Below, one piece after another: positions 57,406 through 64,000 of a stretch of DNA of 64,000 nucleotides; position 1 is the first letter of the stretch, and the number at the start of each line of letters is the position of its first letter. The notes below the pieces were generated by a model. That model worked only from the letters and a program-made list of their open reading frames with translations. It did no database searches and was not told the DNA's origin. The DNA is from Oscillospiraceae bacterium (GTDB taxonomy: Bacteria > Bacillota > Clostridia > Oscillospirales > Ruminococcaceae). Location of the stretch: contig JAFPTG010000003.1 of assembly GCA_017400345.1 (NCBI GenBank), positions 5,813 to 69,812 on the forward strand, in the 5' to 3' direction. The position numbers and the translations under genes are program-made.

Positions 57406-60312
57406 ATGAGTGGACTGAAGACTGAATATGAAGTTGAGAAAATCTTCATTGAACAGCTTGATAATGAACAGGGCTATTCATATATTGATATGGCAAACTA
57501 CGATGATGTGCTTGCCAATTTCCGTGTGCAGTTTTGTAAGGTAAACGCAAAGGCTCTTATTGAAGCAAAGGGTGTTGCGGAGTTGTCCGATAGCGAGTTC
57601 GACAAGATTTTGCTTCGTCTGGACAATCATACGATTTATGAGTCTGCAAAGATTCTCCGTGAGAAATGGGTTCTTGAACTGGACAACGGCAAGACGATTT
57701 ATGCAGAGTTCCTGACTTCCGATATGGACAGGAACATTTATCAGGTGACACATCAGGTCACAATGGATAAGGCTCACAAGGACGATGTGGAGTACAAAAA
57801 CCGCTATGATGTGACCGTGCTTATCAATGGTCTTCCTTTGGTACAAATCGAGCTGAAGCGTTCAGGTGTAGAGCTGAATGAGGCTATCAATCAAATCAAC
57901 CGTTACCGTACCTATTCTTTCAAGGGCTTATTCCGCTACATTCAGGTGTTCGTTGTATCAAACAGTGTGCAGACAAAATACTTTGCAAATGCCAATGAGC
58001 GCAGAGCTGATGGCACGGAACAGCTTATCCTGAAATCCCTTGCTTTTTACTGGACGGACAGAAACAATGTGCGTATCAATCGCCTCGGAGAGTTTACGCA
58101 GGACTTCTTTGATAAATTCTCTCTGACCGAATTGCTTACACGCTTTATGGTTATCAAGGAGACTGAGCCTGTTATTATGGTTATGCGCCCCTATCAGATT
58201 TACGCTGTCAAAGAGTCTATGGAGCGTATTCTCGGCAGTAATCTGAACGGCTTTGTATTCCATACCACAGGTTCGGGCAAGACCCTCACAAGCTATAAAC
58301 TTGCAAGTCTGCTCCGTGACAATCCGCTGATTGAAAAGGTGTTCTTCCTTATCGACCGTAAGGATTTGGACGATCAGACTGTTGACGAGTACAACAGTTT
58401 TGAACAGGGCTGCGTGGACAACACAGACAGCACAGCAACACTTGTGAACGACCTGACCGATTTGGATAAAACACTTATCATCACGACCATTCAGAAAATG
58501 GCGAACGCTGTCAAAAACAAGAAATATGAAGATATAATGGCTCTGCTTGCTGATAAGAAGTGCGTGTTCATCATTGATGAATGCCACCGTTCACAGTTCG
58601 GAAAAATGCACGGCGACATCAAAAGACATTTTCATAACGGTAATTACATCGGCTTCACGGGAACGCCTATCTTCAAAGAGAATAAGGGTGGAAACAGCAG
58701 AACAACGGCAGATATGTTTTTCTCTGGAACGCTCGACCCTTGTATTCACCGCTATATGATTAAGGAAGCTATCGCTGACGGAAATGTTCTCCGCTTTTCG
58801 GTAGAGTATATGCGTTCAATCAGTGCGGACAGCATTCCGATTCAGGGTTTTGACCCCGAAAGAATAGATGACCCCGATTACTGCAAGAGCAAGAACATTG
58901 ACCTTGACGAGCTGTACCACAATCCGCAGCGTATCTCTATGATTGCCGACCATATCCTTTCTACGCTTGATTCTCACATCAAACCGACTGGAAAAGATGT
59001 TTACACGGCTCTGTTCGCTGTCGATAAGATACAGACCCTTATGGACTACTATCACGCTTTCAAGGAGAAGAATGACAAGGGATATAGAATCTGTGCTATC
59101 TTCACATTCCAACCGAATGAAGACCTCTCCGAAGGACAGGACGAACATTCTGCAAGGTATTTGCAGGAATGTATGGACGATTATAACGCTATGTTCGGCA
59201 CGAGTTTTGACCTCACGACATTCGATGCGTACCGCAAGGATATTGCGAAGCGATTGAAGCAGAAGGATATTCCGCAAGTCGATTTGCTTATCGTAGTCGA
59301 TATGTTCCTCACGGGCTTTGACAGCAAGCCTACGAATACGCTGTTCCTTGACAAGAACCTTATCTATCATTCTCTGGTGCAGGCGTACAGTCGTACAAAC
59401 CGTATCGACAAGCCTACAAAGCAGTTCGGACAGATAGTGACCTACCGTAACATCAAGAAGGCACAGGACGCTGCTTTGAAACTGTTCAGCGGCAGCGGAA
59501 ATCCGAATGATTATCTGCTTGAAAGCTACGAATACTATGTGACCGAATATCGAAAGCAGGCAGAAGCTATCCGTAAGATCTGCCCGACCGCCGCAGATTG
59601 CGGAAACCTTATCGAAGAAGACAAGCAGAAGGAATTTATCATCATTTTCAGAATGCTTGCAAAGGCTCTGGCTACGATGAAGACCTTCAGCAAGTTCGAT
59701 TGGGCTGACCTCGACCTCTTTATGGACGAAGAAGAATACACGGAATATAAGTCGTGGTATCTGACCTTCTATGACGAGCAGAAAGCAAAGGCAAAGGCAG
59801 GCGTAAAGACTATCCTTGCAGACATTGACTTCAATATTGAGCTTGTCCGTACCGACAAAATCAATGTGGTCTATGTGCTGAATCTGCTGAAAGAGATAAA
59901 CCGTAAGAACAAGGAAGAAATGCAGAAAAGCATTGATCTTATCCTGCGTGAGATAGACCGTTCCGACAACGAAAAAATGCGCTACAAGTCGGGCATTATG
60001 AAAGCATTTATCAATTCCCGATTTTTTGACCTTGACCCTGAAGAAGATATTGTCAAGGACTATGAGCAGTACGAAAAGGAAGTTATGGAGAATGATATCA
60101 CTGAATTTGCAGAGGCAAACGGTATCACTCCTGACCTTGTGCTTTCTATCCTGAATGAATACTTTGTTGACGAACGCAGTATCACAAAGAACAAGATTCG
60201 TGAGCGTCTTGCAGATATGCAGCTTCCGCTTTTGAAGCAGACAAAGCTGATAAATGCGATTTTAGCGTTCATCAAGGATATGTACGATAAATTCACCGCT
60301 GAAGGAGTGTAA
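57406..60312 (+). CDS. hsdR: Type I restriction enzyme R subunit
   Basis: PD-(D/E)xK region DVTVLINGLPLVQIELKR and SF2 motifs HTTGSGKT and IDECHRSQ, 968 aa. Confidence 0.93.
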   Translation: MSGLKTEYEVEKIFIEQLDNEQGYSYIDMANYDDVLANFRVQFCKVNAKALIEAKGVAELSDSEFDKILLRLDNHTIYESAKILREKWVLELDNGKTIYAEFLTSDMDRNIYQVTHQVTMDKAHKDDVEYKNRYDVTVLINGLPLVQIELKRSGVELNEAINQINRYRTYSFKGLFRYIQVFVVSNSVQTKYFANANERRADGTEQLILKSLAFYWTDRNNVRINRLGEFTQDFFDKFSLTELLTRFMVIKETEPVIMVMRPYQIYAVKESMERILGSNLNGFVFHTTGSGKTLTSYKLASLLRDNPLIEKVFFLIDRKDLDDQTVDEYNSFEQGCVDNTDSTATLVNDLTDLDKTLIITTIQKMANAVKNKKYEDIMALLADKKCVFIIDECHRSQFGKMHGDIKRHFHNGNYIGFTGTPIFKENKGGNSRTTADMFFSGTLDPCIHRYMIKEAIADGNVLRFSVEYMRSISADSIPIQGFDPERIDDPDYCKSKNIDLDELYHNPQRISMIADHILSTLDSHIKPTGKDVYTALFAVDKIQTLMDYYHAFKEKNDKGYRICAIFTFQPNEDLSEGQDEHSARYLQECMDDYNAMFGTSFDLTTFDAYRKDIAKRLKQKDIPQVDLLIVVDMFLTGFDSKPTNTLFLDKNLIYHSLVQAYSRTNRIDKPTKQFGQIVTYRNIKKAQDAALKLFSGSGNPNDYLLESYEYYVTEYRKQAEAIRKICPTAADCGNLIEEDKQKEFIIIFRMLAKALATMKTFSKFDWADLDLFMDEEEYTEYKSWYLTFYDEQKAKAKAGVKTILADIDFNIELVRTDKINVVYVLNLLKEINRKNKEEMQKSIDLILREIDRSDNEKMRYKSGIMKAFINSRFFDLDPEEDIVKDYEQYEKEVMENDITEFAEANGITPDLVLSILNEYFVDERSITKNKIRERLADMQLPLLKQTKLINAILAFIKDMYDKFTAEGV

Positions 60313-60315
60313 CCA

Positions 60316-61863
60316 ATGTCTGACATTAGCACAAAATCACAGGAGCTTGCAAAACAGCTCTGGGCTATCGCAAATGATTTGCGTGGCAATATGGATTCTT
60401 CCAAATTCAAGAATTACATTCTCGGCACTATCTTCTATCGCTACCTATCGGAGCGCACAGAGAAGTATATGGACGAGATTCTGAAAAATGACGGCGTGAC
60501 CTACCGTGAAGCGCTCGAAAACGAGGAACTGGAAGAAGCAGTCAAGGAAATGTCGCTCGACCACTTGGGCTATATCATTGAGCCTGACAATCTGTTCAAT
60601 TCCCTTGTTGCGAAAATCAAGGGCGGTAAGTTCAGCATTGAGGACTATGAAAAGGCTATCGCTTCACTGGTCGGCTCTACTGTCGGACAGGAGAGTGAAG
60701 TTGCTTTTGACAAGCTGTTCGATGATATGAACTTGCAGGATAAGGACTTGGGTAAGGAAGTTTCACAGAGAACGAAACTTATCAGCAAGGTAATCAATAA
60801 GGTGTATGACATCGACTTCAATTTTGAAGACGCTGAGTTTGATGTTCTCGGTACGGCGTATATGATTCTGATTGGTCTGTTCGCCTCTGACGCAGGCAAG
60901 AAGGGCGGAGAGTTCTTCACGCCTACAAAGATGTCGGAACTTGTGGCAAGGCTTGCTACGCTCGGACTGGACACTGTAAAGAGTGCCTGCGACCCCTGTG
61001 CAGGCAGCGGCTCTCTCCTGCTGGAAGTAAAGCGTCACTGCTCCAATAGGACGGTCAATCACTATTTCGGGCAGGAAATGAACGGCACGACCTATAATCT
61101 TATGCGCCAGAATATGCTTATGCACGGTGTTCCGTACAAGGAGTTCACCGTATTCAATGATGATACAATCGAACACGACAATTTCGGTGAGACAAAGTTT
61201 CAGGTTCAGGTGGCAAATCCACCGTACTCTGCAAAGTGGTCTGCGGATTCCAAATTTGAGAGCGACCCTCGCTTTTCCAACTGTGGTGCGCTTGCTCCGA
61301 AGTCCTATGCTGACCTGATGTTCCTTGAACACATCGCCTATCATCTTGATAAGGACGGCAGAGCAGCAGTCCTGCTCCCTCACGGTGTTCTGTTCAGAGG
61401 GAACAAGGAAGAAGCTATCAGGCGTTACCTGATTGAGAATCAGAACGTCATTGACGCTATCATCGGTCTGCCTGCAAACTGCTTCCACGGCACATCTATC
61501 CCTGTGTGCTGTATCGTCCTGAAGAAGAACAGGAACGGCAACAGCGGAAACATCTGGTTCTGTGATGCAAGCAAGTATTACACCGCAGGCAAGAATATGA
61601 ACGAGCTTTCAAACGAAGATATTGACCGCATCGTGAACGCCTATGAGCAGAGGACAGAAATTGAAAAGTTCTCCCATATCGCAACGCTTGACGAAATCAG
61701 GGAGAACGGCTTTAACTGCAATATTCCTCGCTATGTCGATACCTTTGAGGAAGAAGCACCTATCGACATTCAGGCAGTCCGTGCGGAGCTTGCAGACATC
61801 ACAGCAAAGAAACAGGCGGCTATCGACAAGGTGAACGCAGGACTGAAACTGCTCGGATTGTGA
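60316..61863 (+). CDS. hsdM: Type I R-M N6-adenine DNA methyltransferase subunit
   Basis: HsdM N-terminal domain (LWAIANDLRGNMD..FKNYILG), motif I DPCAGSGSLL and motif IV VANPPYS. Confidence 0.93.
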   Translation: MSDISTKSQELAKQLWAIANDLRGNMDSSKFKNYILGTIFYRYLSERTEKYMDEILKNDGVTYREALENEELEEAVKEMSLDHLGYIIEPDNLFNSLVAKIKGGKFSIEDYEKAIASLVGSTVGQESEVAFDKLFDDMNLQDKDLGKEVSQRTKLISKVINKVYDIDFNFEDAEFDVLGTAYMILIGLFASDAGKKGGEFFTPTKMSELVARLATLGLDTVKSACDPCAGSGSLLLEVKRHCSNRTVNHYFGQEMNGTTYNLMRQNMLMHGVPYKEFTVFNDDTIEHDNFGETKFQVQVANPPYSAKWSADSKFESDPRFSNCGALAPKSYADLMFLEHIAYHLDKDGRAAVLLPHGVLFRGNKEEAIRRYLIENQNVIDAIIGLPANCFHGTSIPVCCIVLKKNRNGNSGNIWFCDASKYYTAGKNMNELSNEDIDRIVNAYEQRTEIEKFSHIATLDEIRENGFNCNIPRYVDTFEEEAPIDIQAVRAELADITAKKQAAIDKVNAGLKLLGL

Positions 61864-61871
61864 GGTGCGTT

Positions 61872-62486
61872 ATGTTAGTGCCGAAATTGAGATTTAAGCG
61901 TGAGGACGGGACGGATTATCCTGAATGGGAAAAGGACAAATGGTCTGCTCTTGGTGATTTTGTTGCCTCTGGAACACTGTCAAAGGCAGACCTTGCTGAA
62001 ACTGGAACGCCTTGTATTCTGTACGGAGAATTATATACAAAATACGGAGAAATAGCACATACGATTTACAGTAAGACAAGTGCTACATCACATACTTTTT
62101 CGCAGTATGATGATGTGATTTTACCTAAATCGGGCGAAACTCCTGAAGATATATCAACCGCAACTTGCGTACCGTATGACAATATTTCTCTTGGCGGTGA
62201 TTTGATTGTCTTTCGTCATAACGAAAAAGTCATCGGAGCATATTTGAGCTATCTTATATCTAACAGGGCGAAAAATGCTATTGCAAGTATCGCACAGGGA
62301 AAGTCTGTTGTTCATATCAACGAAAAATCTCTTGCTAATATTGAATTATCTTATCCTGACACAGAAGAACAGCAAAAAATCGCAGACTTTCTCTCCGCTT
62401 ATGACGAAGCTATCCGCTACGCAAAGCAGGAACTTGACAAGTGGAAAGAAGTGAAAAAGGGTCTGCTTCAGCAGATGTTTGTATAA
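61872..62486 (+). CDS. hsdS: Type I R-M specificity subunit, half-size (one TRD plus one conserved helix)
   Basis: MLVPKLRFKREDGTDYPEWE is a typical HsdS N-terminus. It has a single target-recognition domain and a C-terminal conserved coiled-coil segment, EEQQKIADFLSAYDEAIRYAKQELDKWKEVKKGLLQQMFV. ATG 61872 follows GAGGTG. The track start GTG 61860 overlaps the hsdM stop. Confidence 0.8.
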   Translation: MLVPKLRFKREDGTDYPEWEKDKWSALGDFVASGTLSKADLAETGTPCILYGELYTKYGEIAHTIYSKTSATSHTFSQYDDVILPKSGETPEDISTATCVPYDNISLGGDLIVFRHNEKVIGAYLSYLISNRAKNAIASIAQGKSVVHINEKSLANIELSYPDTEEQQKIADFLSAYDEAIRYAKQELDKWKEVKKGLLQQMFV

Positions 62487-62503
62487 TGAAAGAGGGTATA
62501 TTT

Positions 62504-63202
62504 ATGGCACATTATGATGTTTTCCTTTCACACGCAAACGCTGATAAAATCGACTTCGTTGAAGAACTGAAAAAGTCTTTTGACAAGCTCGGCATCAGCG
62601 TATTCTACGATAAGGACACCTTGAAATGGGGCGACAACTGGAAGAAAAAAATCATAGAAGGTTTGGAAAACTGTGATTTTGGTGTGATTGTTATTTCCAA
62701 TTCTTTTTTCGGCAGAGAATGGACAGAAAAGGAACTTAAAACACTTCTGTCTCGTCAAAACAAAAGCGGTCAGAAGATAATTCTTCCGATACTGTATAAT
62801 ACCACTCTCAAAGAGCTTACAGCACATTACAAAAAGCTGACTGACATTCAGTTCCTTGATGCTTCGCAGTATGATATTAAAGATATTACTATCCAATTAG
62901 CGAGTGTATTGCTTTCCGAAAAGACTCGTACAGAAAAGCAGGCAGGCAATGATAGTTTATTTGATGATTTCTTTCAAAGAATGAACACGTTGAGTTTTTA
63001 TGAATGGTTCTCTCGGCTCATTGAAAATGGCAATCAATTCATTGAAGATTATGACGAAAACTTTATCGGTTGGCATCTTGGTTCTGATATTATTCAGCAG
63101 AAAGAAGATAAACAGACTGGTGAAACTGTTTATAGAATAAATCCAATCTACTATGAAGATGCCAAAGCCTATTTTAAGAAAAAGATAAGACCACAGATGT
63201 AA
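62504..63202 (+). CDS. TIR-domain protein (N-terminal TIR, uncharacterised ~95-aa C-terminal domain)
   Basis: ATG 62504 lies 7 nt after AAAGAGGG and 17 nt after the hsdS stop. TIR hallmarks: YDVFLSHANADK, DFGVIVISNSFFGREWTEKEL (conserved Trp/Glu region) and ILPILY. Confidence 0.8.
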   Translation: MAHYDVFLSHANADKIDFVEELKKSFDKLGISVFYDKDTLKWGDNWKKKIIEGLENCDFGVIVISNSFFGREWTEKELKTLLSRQNKSGQKIILPILYNTTLKELTAHYKKLTDIQFLDASQYDIKDITIQLASVLLSEKTRTEKQAGNDSLFDDFFQRMNTLSFYEWFSRLIENGNQFIEDYDENFIGWHLGSDIIQQKEDKQTGETVYRINPIYYEDAKAYFKKKIRPQM

Positions 63203-63207
63203 TGAAA

Positions 63208-63238
63208 AATCCCCTTGCCATTGATTGACAAGGGGATT
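63208..63238. terminator. Hairpin between the TIR gene and the convergent transposase
   Basis: AATCCCCTTG-11 nt-CAAGGGGATT. It may also be part of the IS terminus. Confidence 0.55.
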
Positions 63239-63245
63239 CCTTATG

Positions 63246-64000
63246 CTATTTCTTGAATGTGAATTTACCTTTCTTTGCGGTGATGTGACGATACAGTATC
63301 TTCGCTCGGAGAACAGGGAATGTGTACCCTCTGCCTGCTCTGTCAACCTCACGGATAACATTATTCAGGCTCTCGGTCTGAGCGTTTGTATAGCGGTTGT
63401 CGAAGTAATTGAATATCTCCGTGTGCCAGTTCCCAACCGTGCTGATGAAGCCGTCATAGGCGTGACAGTCCTCGTCTGCATTCGCCTGCACCCAATCAGC
63501 ATACAGCTTTTCCGCATCTTCTCTCGATTCAGCGAACTGGTAGATATTTCGGAATGCCTCTTTGAGATAATACGGCGTTTTGAACTGCGGATATGCTTCA
63601 AGAAGCATATCAAGCTGTTTTGACTGTCGGGGCGTGAGATTTTCACCGCCTGTCAGGAACAGAAATCGCATATTCTTCAAGGACGCTCGTTTCTCTTTTT
63701 CCATATCCTTTCGGAGTGTTCTGCGTATTTCCTCTAACGCTCTGTTCAGCTCTTTGATGATATGGAACTTGTCAATTACTATCGGAACATCACCCAACAC
63801 ATCAAGTACAGCGTCTTTGTACGGCTGCCACATATCCATAGTCACGCATTGTATTTTGTGATTATCAGGCAGTGATTCCAGAAACATTTTGACCGTGACT
63901 TTGTTTCTGTTCTCGGTCATCTCAATGACCTTCTGACCCAACACATCAACGAACACGCCACAGTATTGACTATGCAGATGTACTTCATCTATGCCTAATA
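63246..64000 (-). CDS. ISL3-family DDE transposase, C-terminal part (the gene continues past the window end)
   Basis: GIDEVHL..., VTMDMWQPYKDA and NAQTESLNNVIREVDRAGRGY are ISL3-type DDE region motifs. The frame is open from 63957 to position 64000. Confidence 0.85.
   Translation of the reverse strand, partial: LGIDEVHLHSQYCGVFVDVLGQKVIEMTENRNKVTVKMFLESLPDNHKIQCVTMDMWQPYKDAVLDVLGDVPIVIDKFHIIKELNRALEEIRRTLRKDMEKEKRASLKNMRFLFLTGGENLTPRQSKQLDMLLEAYPQFKTPYYLKEAFRNIYQFAESREDAEKLYADWVQANADEDCHAYDGFISTVGNWHTEIFNYFDNRYTNAQTESLNNVIREVDRAGRGYTFPVLRAKILYRHITAKKGKFTFKK

Larger units (their letters stand above)
57052..64000. other. Compositionally distinct (more GC-rich) genomic island carrying Type I R-M, a TIR gene and an ISL3 transposase; the right end lies beyond the window
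   Basis: By eye, G+C content and codon usage shift from hsdR (57406) to the window end. The region starts next to the tRNA genes and ends in an IS. The left boundary can only be placed between 57052 and about 57230. Confidence 0.6.

Noticed and set aside
57478-61684. Numerous long antisense or alternative-frame ORFs inside hsdR/hsdM (for example 57958-58587, 58816-59370, 60763-61488, 60645-60974)
   Set aside because: They lie entirely within well-supported hsdR/hsdM coding frames, lack RBSs and have no recognisable motifs. Long shadow ORFs are expected in this GC-richer segment.

Overview
The window is a chromosomal segment of a low-GC, Bacillota (Firmicute)-type genome. This assignment rests on dprA-topA-trmFO synteny, infC-rpmI-rplT, Asp23-nusB, rqcH, DUF1934-argS and TRTG-type extended -10 promoters. 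Most of it is intact housekeeping: uvrA, uvrC, leuS, thrS, argS, ligA-gatC, sbcCD, recG, def and three tRNAs. No rRNA genes or CRISPR arrays were seen. Five accessory regions interrupt the housekeeping genes. (1) A ~5 kb islet (about 700-5700) between a class A PBP gene and uvrA carries a minimal HK97-type head module: a small protein, an S78 prohead protease and a major capsid protein. It lies next to a diversity-generating retroelement cassette (Avd, an Asn-codon-rich template repeat, and a DGR reverse transcriptase). I could not find a variable repeat or target gene for this cassette, and its RT is split by two compensating frameshifts. (2) An asnB / ATP-grasp / aspartate racemase operon predicts D-Asp/D-Asn peptidoglycan cross-bridges. 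(3) Several islets encode secreted or atypical proteins: a peptide deformylase with a signal peptide, a membrane-anchored PI3/4-kinase-like protein, two coiled-coil proteins with acidic aromatic tails, and an S41 protease homolog and an MGS homolog that both lack catalytic residues. A G9 tract also sits in the RBS of an MFS gene. (4) A MobV relaxase plus acyl carrier protein operon lies directly 3' of tRNA-Met/tRNA-Glu. (5) A visibly more GC-rich island (about 57.1-64 kb) carries a Type I R-M operon (hsdR-hsdM-half-size hsdS). Its fourth gene is a TIR-domain protein, an arrangement like that of PrrC, and the island ends in an ISL3 transposase. I consider the TIR-in-hsd operon and the orphan DGR next to the capsid module the best candidates for undescribed biology.
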